A DNA stretch of 25,743 nucleotides, counting the filler, from Rozella allomycis CSF55 (lineage: Eukaryota), in the NCBI GenBank assembly GCA_000442015.1. It is 6 parts of 6 records of this genome, joined end to end, with 100 filler letters (N's around TTAATTAATTAA, not from the genome) between each part and the next. Parts side by side here need not be neighbours in the genome. Positions count along the whole stretch, not along the records: positions 1 to 6,536 come from KE561396.1; positions 6,637 to 11,201 come from KE561401.1; 4 more parts are not named here. One strand, given 5' to 3'. Both the position numbers and the translations under genes were made by a program. The notes under the pieces are model-generated. The model was given only the letters and a program-made list of their open reading frames with translations. It was not told the origin of the DNA and searched no databases. Within the stretch, counting starts at the first letter, position 1; each line of letters opens with the position of its first letter. This document shows positions 1 through 10,242 of this stretch, piece after piece.

Positions 1-3
1 ACA

Positions 4-307
4 ACAAGAATTAAGACTTATGAAAAATCGTTTACAAACAAGTACATCTCGTGCAGCAGAATCATTGGAGCGACAAGAATTAAGATTTATGAAAAATCGT
101 GAACAAACTGCAGTTGCTCGCACCCAGGAATCATTTCAAGAACGATCTTTAAGACTTGAACAAAATCGTTTACAAACAGCCCAATATAGAAGCTTACAAG
201 ATATCAATATATCAAAGTTACGTTTAGACGACAAACGTTTGAAAATGCAACAAACGCGTAAAATGGAAGACGCCAATATGCACATTAAGCGCACTTCAAA
301 AGACCGC
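4..307 (+). repeat. 69-bp (23-aa) coding tandem repeat, about 4.5 degenerate units, STPR-like
   Basis: acaagaattaaga(c/t)ttatgaaaaatcg occurs at 4 and 73. The L-R-L/F codons recur at 11, 80, 149 and 218 (period 69). Units read ESLERQELRFMKNREQTAVARTQ / ESFQERSLRLEQNRLQTAQYRSL / QDINISKLRLDDKRLKMQQTRKM. Confidence 0.75.
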
Positions 308-308
308 T

Positions 309-3300
309 AATGAGACAGCATTTGAAAGGGATCGACGCAACCAACGAAGAAGACAATGACGTGATACTTCACTACTCAATTCTTCGGCATGGTCGACAAC
401 GAAACAGAATCCGTATCAAGACTTTGAACGAAATGTTACATCTGCTCTTGGACTATTCTACAACAATAGTGCCCTATTGACACATTCGGAATGCATTCCT
501 GTTCCACGACTTCAAGACAAAGATCGTTTGTCTATTCCGAATAGTAATATTGCAAATATAGTTGAAGGCATTAAAGGTAACTTACTGAAATATCACACAC
601 TAGGTGTAAATGACAAAACCATAGGTCAATTAATGAAAGCATTTACAACGAAATTAAATCCTGTAGGTAATTTACAAGGTTGTGGTTGTTGCGGAATAAG
701 AGATACTTCTCCGAAATATACTTTATACGAAAGAGATTTACAAAACTTAAAATTAAATAATGACCAAATTGTAGCGTATAACAACAAGCCATTAAAGCAA
801 GCACATAGTGTTTTTCATCATCAGGAAAGTGGCCAATACTTTTTTTTACATCCTGAACTCATTGTGTATGAAGCAAATAACATGTTTAGTATATCAATTT
901 GTCAATCGTGTCACGCGTCCTTAACGTTAAAAAATAACACACGAAAACCATACTTATCTTTAGCTTCCGGTGTCGACTATGGATGTTGGAAAAGAGTTGC
1001 ACGTATTAAAGATTTGAAACCCTTATCATTATTAGAAATTATGCTTATAGCTAAAGTACGTTTATTTGGTGCAATAGTGAAATTGACTGGGTCTAACAAA
1101 CGTTGCATGAAAGGTCATATAATATGTTTCCCGCAGGATGGACCGGATGCTGTGGCAGAATTCCATAGAACCAACATGACATTTCCAAATCCACGTGGTG
1201 TACAACATCTTTTATCAGTAGTGTTTATAGCGAATAAATCACCAAAAAATGAACTGCAAAATAATGGCAGCAGAGGCCTCACCCGATTTACAAGTAAACA
1301 TAGGCAATATTATGCGTTGGCTTGAAATTCTTAAACTGGTGAATCCTTTGTATTTCAATATCGAATTTGACATTTCAGAACAAATGCACAGAAATATTCA
1401 AAACCTGCGGCGCCAAATAGTAGAAAATGCAACATTCGATGATTCCGAATCTTCTTCTTTTTTAGACGAAACTTTAGGAAATGATACAGCAAATGTCCGT
1501 TGGACATCTTCTGGTGGAGATCAAGCGTCATCACAATTTGATAATCCAATATATAATAGTGTTCTTCTAACAGATCCTACTGGAAGTCGATTTGGAAATT
1601 CTAATAATAACATACCGGATGCTGTTAGTGACGTTCTCGTATCATTTGCATCATCAATACAGGACAAAACAAATGGTAAATAATATATCAACATTCATAT
1701 AATTAGAGGTATCACAATTCTCTAAGAATCCCAAACAACGTGCAGGAATGGATGATGATACAATAAGTAGTATCCGCGATAAATCGCCTATAAACGAATT
1801 TACAAACAACGCTAACATATTTTATGGTGCATTTCCACATCTATTCATTTTCGGTAATGGTTTACCAAAGACAGGACATATTACTGAAAAACAAACCAGA
1901 CATCTCCTGTTGCCATTTCACAATGAACATGCGCAAGATCATAGATTTCTATTTGCACTTTTTAATCAAGCACAAAGATGGGAGGCAACCAAATCGGTTA
2001 ATGCTAGAGTCAAAAATAATAACGAATCATTTCGCGAATTTTCAGAATGGGTGAAGAGTGATGAATTTTTCAAGGACCTCAAAGAAGCTACTGAAAGACC
2101 AAAAAGTTCAACAGCGGCCAGACTTTTTAAAAAAATTCAACCTCATATTTTAGCAACAGGTATGTAAATTAAATCAACATTAAAGGCAAAAACGTACCTT
2201 ATGGGCCAGTTCAGAGACGTAATGCGATGTCACAACTATATGCATTAGTGTTCCGATTTGGTCTTCCATCTGTTTTTTTCACTTTTGCCCCTGATGACGT
2301 ACATAATCCATTAGCAATTCGATTATGTATTCCTAGTCATAACAATATATCCTTTCCAGCTACAGATTCTTTAAATGATGAAACATCTTTTCTTTCAGAA
2401 TTACAAAACGGTTCTTCAGAAATATTAAACATTCCATTATCTGAATATAGTCTTCAAAATCTTATTGCGCGCAATCCAGTAGCGACATCAGAAATTTTCA
2501 AATGCATGGTCGAAAATATATTCTCTATTTTAATACGGCATTCTTTGTCTCAAAATACAAAGCGTACAGTACCCTTATATCAGCATAATGGTATTTTTGG
2601 TGAAGTGGCAACATCATATGTAGTAATAGAAACTAACAGTAGAAAATCTCTCCATGCCCACTGTGCAGTCTGTGGGGATTACCACCCGAATTTCTTCAAA
2701 GAATCTCCTGATATCCAGATATTGTAACAGTAGTAGCTGAAGCATTGAATAGTATGTTTAGTACTAAAATTCCTGATGACATCCATGCGGAAGGGGCTCT
2801 ACGACGTGCTTTGAATATTAAACCAACAAGATTCTCATATACATTGCCAATCAATTTTGTAGATGACAGTGGCAACATTGATAAGGAAAAATTACAGCAA
2901 CATACAAATAGATTTTATAGACTACAGGAAACAGTTAATTGTCACGCACATTCAGCTACATGCCGAAAAGGAAGTGTCGGAATGCTTAAATGCCGGTTAG
3001 CTAGACCACAAGCCATAGTTGACAAAACAAGACCTATCATGATACAAAAAAGGGGAACTGATACTGTTGACCTCTTACCAGTTTCCGATTTGGATATTGA
3101 CATTTCCTATGACAAGCTTTTTAAGACAATAAACGACAACCGCACAATAGCATGGGAATCAGAAAGACCGTATCTCAAAAACACCTTAATGCAATTTTTA
3201 CCTAAATTATCAAATACAATTACATCTAACATACATAAACTTTCAGATGATGAAATATGGACACTGAACCAAGACTTTAAAGAACGAAATGGGTGGATTG

Positions 3301-4791
3301 TTGAAACTAACGACGTTTTGGCGTCAGTCCTAAATTGCAATACTGAGGCCTGTTCAGTAGGAGGTGAAGAGCAAGCTAAAACTATTTTATTCTATTTGTT
3401 AAAATATTTAAACAAAGAGGCAGCAGAATTATCAACCACCATAAACGTCATAAAGGAAGCCTTGCATTATGTAAAGCAAAATCCGTCTCATGTTCCCGAG
3501 AAAGACACCGACGAAACAAGATTTGGAAAATACTTTTTACAGAGATTACAAAATCGTATTACCGGATTAGTTGAAATATCAGACACCCAAGCTGCGGCAT
3601 ATCTTCTAGGTTTACCAGCATCGTCCTGCACGCATGCATTTACATATTGCTTTGCTCAAGCCGCTATTGAAAAAGTTAAAAGTCAATTTCAAAAATTCAA
3701 AACAACATCCTACTATACAAAAGGTAAAAGACAGTGCGTACTATTTAAAAGGAAAACGAAAGTACGAAGAACAATTTAATGATTCTGATGATTACAGTGA
3801 AGATAGCAATTACATTGACGATGATGAATTCAATGATGACGAGAATAATAACGATATGCCTATACAAAACATGTTCAACGCATTTAACGTACCCATGCAA
3901 AAAGGTACAGGAACCATATACCGAGTCAAAGATAAGTTAATACCAATATCTCAGGATATCAATTATCTTTATCGCGGATGTAATTTACAAATGCTTAATT
4001 TATACGAATATTGCTCTTTAATACGCATTATACCTAAAACAAACGATGATGAAGAAATACAGCGTTCATCAGGAAGACCAACAAATGGTACGTATAATTT
4101 TGAAAGACAACATCCATTATATCAATCACATACACAGCAACTACTGTCTAAACATTTGGTACCTATAGTAGCTGGATGTAAAGTACCAAGACTGAAAGAC
4201 GATTCTACTAAATCAGAACGAGAAAAATTTGCACTTTTCATAATGACTATATTTTCACCATGGAAAAATTTAGGAATACCGGTACATGGAATATCATATA
4301 AATCTTTACAAAAATTTCTAGATCAATTAAATGAAAACCAATATGATAACACTATCAATTTAATAAATCAATCGCGCATCAAAACAATCAACAATATTTC
4401 TAAAAATTTAACAGTGAACAAGAATAAGAAGAAACTTTTATCAATTTTTCGTGGACGAAATGCAACTAAATGGACCTCTGAAATTAATAAATTTACTGGA
4501 CGAGGATCGGAGTTAACTGACGAAGAAATAGAATGCACAACTAACCGACCAGACATTGAAGCCGAAATTCAAAGTATACGTGATCATTTTGCAGTTGACC
4601 TTAATATTGTGTTAAACGATCCACGTATTGATTACGCACAATCTACAGTCGAAAACCTGAACGGTGTATTAAGTCAAATTACTCCGTCATCTAAAGCTAA
4701 AGTTCAACATTTATCAAATATTAATAATCAAACATTACAAGAAATGTTTCATGAAATAATTAAGGACGACTTAAAGGAAATAGACAATTAA
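309..4791 (+). pseudogene. Helitron Rep (zinc-binding/DUF6570-like region + HUH-Y2 endonuclease + linker), disrupted
   Basis: The ORF pieces join via introns 1676-1706 (31 nt) and 2160-2185 (26 nt). Frameshifts lie near 305, 1250, 2672 and 3690. In-frame stops are TGA 357-359, TGA 2709-2711 and TAA 4789-4791. Confidence 0.85.
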
Positions 4792-6402
4792 ATGCTAATA
4801 GGTCAAACTAGAGAATATCCAAATTTGTCACATTTAAATAATGATCAATTGAACATAATCCAAGCATTGAAACCATTTTTTGAAAGACTCTTTGAGACAC
4901 CACCAAAAATATTGATAAATGGTGGACCAGGAACTGGAAAATCATTTGTTGTTACCACAGGTATAGTACCCTTAGCCAACTTCTACGGACTTAATACCCT
5001 TTCCAGTGCATTTACAGGTTCGGCTGCGGTTAATTTAAACGGTCATACAATACATTCTCTTCTAATGCCTAAATGTAGTAACACATCATCAACCACAAAA
5101 GAACAATATTTGGCACCGTTATCAACTACGCATTTAGCAAAACTACAAGACATTTTTCAAAACATAAGTATTTTTATCATAGATGAAATTTCAACAATTT
5201 CTACACAAATGTTTAACGCTATTGACAAGAGACTACAACAAGCCAAAAATAACCAATATGCATTTGGTGGACTCTGTATGATACTCACGGGAGATTTTTT
5301 TCAAATGAAACCTACTACTGGAAAAATGATATATTCGGACCTGGTGAAATTTTGCATTAAAAAGGAAAATATAACATCGAAAAACATATCGTCAGCAGAA
5401 GGAGCCAAATTGTTTACAAATTTTCAACTATTTGAATTAACGAAACAAATGAGAGCCGCAAAGGATCCCATTCATGTTCAACGGATTAACCATATACGAT
5501 CATACAATGAAAATGTTAAATTGTCAAACAAAACCATAAATATGAATAAAACAAATGTATTGAAAACTTCGGACTTCATTGAAAACTCAAATTGGCTTAA
5601 TGGTCCTATCATTGTTCACGATAACACCGAAAGATTATATATCAATAATGTACTAGGCCAAGCATTTGCAAAGAAACATGGCGTTCCCATTATACGATGG
5701 AAATGCTCTTTTAAGTGTGCTACATTAGACAAAACGGACGTTGAAGCATTTTTTGAATCCCATATCATAGAGTTAATGGACAGCTTTATTCAAGGCGCAA
5801 CCGTTTACATAAATGAAAATTCCTCTACGCAACGAAAAATTGTTAATGGAACCAAAGCCAAAATGCATTCATTATCATTTCCAGAATCCTTGTCTACATT
5901 ACAAAAACGACAAATAAAAGAAGCAATTGATAATGCTACACCAGGTCAAGTAGTAATTTTACCTATAACGCCTACTTACATTCTTGTTACATTGGATAAT
6001 GCAAACAAAGACTTATGCGATTCTAAATTTTATTATAATGAAAACATACTCATACCAATACCCTTGGAAAGGTTTCCTTCAGACCCCATAAAATTATTGT
6101 TTAATGGAAAAAAGCATAATTGTTACGTTAAAAAACATGCATTGGACTTATGATTTTCTTTAACATATGCGAAGGTACAAGGGACAACACTCCAGCAAAT
6201 TGTTCTAGATTTAAACGAAAGGAAATTTCCACCGAAACATACATTTGAATCAATAATTGTCGGCTTATCAAGAGTTAAAAACTCAAATAACATTAGAATT
6301 CTACCCGCAATATCAACAAATTCACTGGAGCATCTACATAAATACAAAGTTCCACAAGATTTAATTGTATGGCGAAATAATTATAACGAAAATGGACTAT
6401 GA
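4792..6402 (+). pseudogene. PIF1-family SF1B DNA helicase domain of the RepHel protein, with in-frame stop
   Basis: Walker A GGPGTGKS, Walker B IIDEIS, GDFFQ and QMRA are present. After TGA 6151-6153 the same frame continues with FSLTYAKVQGTTLQQIVLDL and VGLSRVK (motifs V/VI) to TGA 6400-6402. Confidence 0.9.
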
Positions 6403-6536
6403 AAAAACAATGAAGAAATTAAATAATAAATATTTTTGCAATATCATCAACGCATTCAAATTCCTTTTTAATTTATTAATTTAACTAATGGTCCTAGAAG
6501 TCTTTCTGTAGATCATAGTCCAAACCAACCAAATAA

Positions 6537-6636
6537 NNNNNNNNNNNNNNNNNNNNNNNNNNNNNNNNNNNNNNNNNNNNTTAATTAATTAANNNNNNNN
6601 NNNNNNNNNNNNNNNNNNNNNNNNNNNNNNNNNNNN
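6537..6636. other. Artificial contig spacer N44-TTAATTAATTAA-N44
   Basis: Exactly 100 nt; the 12-mer gives stops in all six frames; identical at five places in the window. Confidence 0.97.
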
Positions 6637-7313
6637 TTTTCTTATTAAGATAATAGTGATACCTTTAAGTTAGATAGAGTATACTCATGACCAGGATAAA
6701 TTAAAGTACTCATAGGCAGCTTTTTTAAGATTACATTTAGTGAATTGTTCATTTGAGAAGCGTCACCTTCAAAAAATCGACCACATCCAGCTGATAATTG
6801 ACTTACCAACAAACTTCTTACCAATAAATAAGGTATCTCCTGTAAAACACATCGGAGCATTGCCTTTTTGCTCCACGAAATAGCATATGTGTCTATGATT
6901 TAAAACGAACATTGATACCCCTTTGTATGACAAGGCGTATGTAATGCCTTGATTGTCATTGTTGCAAGCTAATACTTTATGATATCTGTGATTACTTTAA
7001 TTTCATCGCCGTGACAGAGTTTCTTGCTCAGCGATTGTATATTTTCATCACCACCATAAACAGGGATAGACTTTTTCAACAAAGAGAGAATCTTATTGTT
7101 CCCACTTGCATGATCCCAATGATGGTGCGTAGTAAGAATCATGTTTAAATCGAGATTTAACTTGTCAATAACTTCCAGGACTTTTTCAGGTTCAACAGGA
7201 TCAACTACCGCAGCTTTTCTCGTAACTTCATCATACAATACGTATGCAAAGTTGTCTTCCAACATACGTATATACTGAACTTTCATCGATAGTTTTTGAA
7301 ATTTACTCAACAT
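6637..7313 (-). CDS. GLO2: Hydroxyacylglutathione hydrolase (glyoxalase II), 3'-truncated by the spacer
   Basis: Motifs [51 protein letters not shown] and YPGHEYT. Introns 6969-6995, 6893-6918 and 6791-6821 restore one frame; a further donor lies at 6662. Confidence 0.95.
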
Positions 7314-7339
7314 ATAACCAAATTTTCTATATCAGGTAA

Positions 7340-8407
7340 ATGTCAACAGCAAAAAAGACGCAATTATTCTGTGAAAAGTTCAGAAAATGTATATCTATTC
7401 CAAGGCCATATAATCCCAGTGTAGTTACAGTTGACTCATATTCATACCCCAATGTTGTTTACAGGAACAGGAATTATTTAGTCATTGAAAAACCAAGAGG
7501 CTGGTCTGTGGCAGATAAAAACGAACGAATACCTTCTATCTCAAGGTTCGTCCGGAACATGCAACGTGAAAGCAAAGAAATCTACATAATCCATCAATTA
7601 GATGTCTCGACAAGCGGTTTAGTTGTCGTGGGCCTTAACAAGAGTATATCGACAAAACTTCATAAAAGCAGAGTTGAAAGAAAATGGAGAATAGAGTATC
7701 AAAGTGTTGTTAAATTGCCAGGAATGAACTCCCTGTGGAAACATTCAATTAATTGCAACCCTAACGTCGACGGGTCGCTCATAAGTCCTAATGGTTCACT
7801 ATTGCAACATGGCTTTTTGAGGTGCAGAATAGCTGACAGGCCGCTGGCTTTAAACTCTGACAGATTTAATGCTTTTGACTACTTTGTAGACACCCAATAT
7901 AAACCAAGTCAAGAATTTATTGAAACATTTCACAGTAAAAAAGAAAAAACAGTGAATAATGATATTTTATCCTATTCTATAGGATTACAAGATACGATGT
8001 TTCCTCCAAGCATCCCTGAAATCGACGGTGTTAAGCTGAAGGAAGTTGTTCCATCGTCATACGTTGATGAGGCATCTGAAGAAGCAATAACTGAATTCTT
8101 TTTAGAAGATTTTAATGGCAGTTATGCGAGATATCGGTTGGTGCTACACACAGAAGTTACGCATCAAATTCGATGTCAATTTGCTGCTATAGGAGCACCT
8201 ATTGTTGGAGATTCACTTTACAATAATAATTCTTATTTTGATGTTACAAAAGACGTAGAGAAGCCTGACTCAGAAACGTCACAGTACATTCCTCCTTTAG
8301 CATTACAAGCCAGTGTGCTGGAATTTCCTCATCCCAAATTAAAAGATGAATTCAAGAAATTTAAATTAAGTTTAATACAAGATCCGATTTGGAGACTGGA
8401 ATTGTAA
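7340..8407 (+). CDS. RluA-family RNA pseudouridine synthase, intronless, possibly mitochondrial
   Basis: Motif I VIEKPRGW, motif II HQLDVSTSGLVV with the catalytic Asp, motif III THQIRCQFAAIGAPIVGDSLY, and C-terminal LQASVLEFPHP. Confidence 0.88.
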   Translation: MSTAKKTQLFCEKFRKCISIPRPYNPSVVTVDSYSYPNVVYRNRNYLVIEKPRGWSVADKNERIPSISRFVRNMQRESKEIYIIHQLDVSTSGLVVVGLNKSISTKLHKSRVERKWRIEYQSVVKLPGMNSLWKHSINCNPNVDGSLISPNGSLLQHGFLRCRIADRPLALNSDRFNAFDYFVDTQYKPSQEFIETFHSKKEKTVNNDILSYSIGLQDTMFPPSIPEIDGVKLKEVVPSSYVDEASEEAITEFFLEDFNGSYARYRLVLHTEVTHQIRCQFAAIGAPIVGDSLYNNNSYFDVTKDVEKPDSETSQYIPPLALQASVLEFPHPKLKDEFKKFKLSLIQDPIWRLEL

Positions 8408-8441
8408 AATAAATATTTCATTTTTTTCGAAATTTCGGTGA

Positions 8442-9303
8442 ATGAAAAACGATCCTACACCGGCCACGGAGCCTTTATTTAAGCCCAAACCTAATGACTC
8501 TACATTTGGAGCATTTTTTAATAATGAAGATTCAATTGATCTCGAAATGCGAAACCCACCACACCCCGAATATATCGCTCAAATGTATCAGGAAGATGAA
8601 ACTATATATGAGCCTAGAAAAGAGTCCCCAAAACCATATAAACTGGATGATCCTATGAAAAGTAAAATCCCAGTACCTAAAAAGATACCATTGACAATTG
8701 ATCCCCGCGTGAATGCAAAATTGCAGTAAGTACATAGAGGTAAGCCTTATAGGAGCATAAAAAACAACGAAAACATAAATGCTATAAATGAAATTCATTT
8801 TGAAAATAATTTGAATTGTCTTAATTCTACGAGGCGGATAAAAAATGAGCTAGATCGGATTGCCAACGAGAAATTTACCCCATCGAAAGTACTAAAGTAT
8901 TTAAATCCCGAAGATATAAACAAAATCAAATCCGAAACAAACAAAGTAAATCACATTTTTTCTTTTAACAGGTGCTGAATTTTCGGCCTCACGATAAAAT
9001 TTACGATTGCCTTCCGGCGAGACCCAATTCATGTATAGCAGCCCCAAAACTTAAATCACAGCCAATTTATTCTTCATCGTATCAAATGTCTTTAAGCTTT
9101 AAACCGGATTTCGAGGAACTGTAAATTAATTGTATTAATGTAATAGCCTTCCAGTTGGCCAAGTATATGCAGAGGTAGACGACACGCCTTCTAAGGAGTT
9201 TTTGAATTTTGCTCCGCCTGAAGATCTCTACTGCTTTGATTTTGATTCTTTTTATGCCGCACCAGACTTTGTACAGAAAATTTTGAATGTAGAGTTTAAT
9301 TGA
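8442..9303 (+). CDS. Four-exon hypothetical protein with a region resembling the PPP1R35/Rcd4 C-terminal domain
   Basis: Exons 8442-8725, 8753-8945, 8972-9120 and 9147-9303 (introns 27, 26 and 26 nt, all GT-AG) give an uninterrupted ORF. The segment LNSTRRIKNEL..EKFTPSKVLKYL..KVLNFRPHDKIYDCL resembles PPP1R35_C from memory. The gene model is solid; the family call is tentative. Confidence 0.65.
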
Positions 9304-9598
9304 AAGAGGTTTCTTGTAAAAAGAGATTGTAATTCTTGTAGAATAAATTTTGTTTCTAAACTAAGCAGTAAATATTTTTTATATCTGCATAAAAATCATT
9401 TAATTAATGAGATGAACAAAAATAGCCCAGACTTGTCANCAATGTAGAGTTTAATTGAAAGAGGGTGTTTCTTGTAAAAAGAGATTGTAATTCTTGTAGA
9501 ATAAATTTTGTTTCTAAACTAAGCAGTACATATATTTTTTATGGCTGAATAAAAATCATTTAATTAATGAGATGAACAAAAATAGCCCAGACTTGTCA
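9286..9598 (+). repeat. Near-identical tandem duplication (9286-9438 / 9441-9598) around a single N; likely unmerged allelic contig overlap
   Basis: The copies differ by a few SNPs and small indels and are separated by N at 9439. Confidence 0.85.
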
Positions 9599-9619
9599 CC
9601 CAGCCACTCACACTTTTAG

Positions 9620-10193
9620 ATGACTTACAGAGTGGTAGTATTTGGCGAAGGTGGTGTTGGAAAGACTGCTGTTACAATTAGATTTTGCATGGAGAATTTT
9701 GTTGATGTATATGATCCCACAATAGAGGATTCTTACAGAAAAGCTGTCAGCGTAGATGATCAAGAATGCGTTTTAGAAATTATCGATACCGCTGGTCAAG
9801 TAAGAGATAAATAATATGTTGTAAATTTAGGAAGACTATTCGGCTTTACGCGAACAATGGATAAAAGACGGTCATGCTTTTCTGGTGGTATTTTCCGTGC
9901 AAGAGCTTTCCACATTTATGAATGTGAATAAATTTTGTCAGCATATTGAAAGGATAAAGAAACCTGGTGAATGCCCCATCATAATAGTCGGGAACAAGGC
10001 CGATATACCAGAACGTCAAAGAGAGGTGAAATATGAAGCAGCATTATCGTACGCAAAAAGCAAGGGGTTTGAGTACATCGAAGTCTCAGCGAAAAATAAC
10101 GTAAACATTCAACGAACTTTCCATCAAATTATACGAGAACTACGGCGAAAGCAATCCAAAAATGAAAAGCATTCAGGAAAATTTTGCTGTTGA
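9620..10193 (+). CDS. Ras-family small GTPase, fungal Ras2/RasB-like
   Basis: G1 GEGGVGKT, effector loop [10 protein letters not shown]3 [19 protein letters not shown] (intron 9800-9830, 31 nt), G4 NKAD, G5 EVSAK. The protein ends in a basic tail and GKFCC*. Confidence 0.95.
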
Positions 10194-10242
10194 TTTGAAA
10201 TTTCAACAAATTTTAGTGAATAAATTAATCATTAAAAAGAAC

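Larger units (their letters stand above)
1..6402 (+). mobile_element. Helitron-like rolling-circle transposon (HLE2/Helentron-type RepHel), decayed; termini not identified, 5' end outside the window
   Basis: Domains occur in canonical order: 23-aa repeats; CxxC..CxxC plus a DUF6570-like region (KGHIICFPQD; WLEILKLVNPLY; PINEF..FPHLF); HUH Rep (FGLPSVFFTFAPDD; ETNSRKSLHAH; HAHSATCRK..CR; YLLKYLNK); PIF1 helicase (GGPGTGKS, IIDEIS, GDFFQ, QMRA, KVQGTTL, VGLSRVK). Confidence 0.9.

Noticed and set aside
4..307. CRISPR-like array
   Set aside because: The period is 69 bp, in frame and degenerate at the DNA level, with no unique spacers or cas genes; it is a coding repeat.
357..6402. Alternative genetic code (TGA=Trp) or programmed readthrough in the element
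   Set aside because: TGG is used for Trp, most TGA sites are not expected Trp positions, a TAA and several frameshifts also occur, and host genes end in TGA.
6403..6536. Helitron 3' terminus (CTAG at about 6494-6497)
   Set aside because: No convincing GC-rich hairpin precedes it and no second copy or 5' end is available for comparison.
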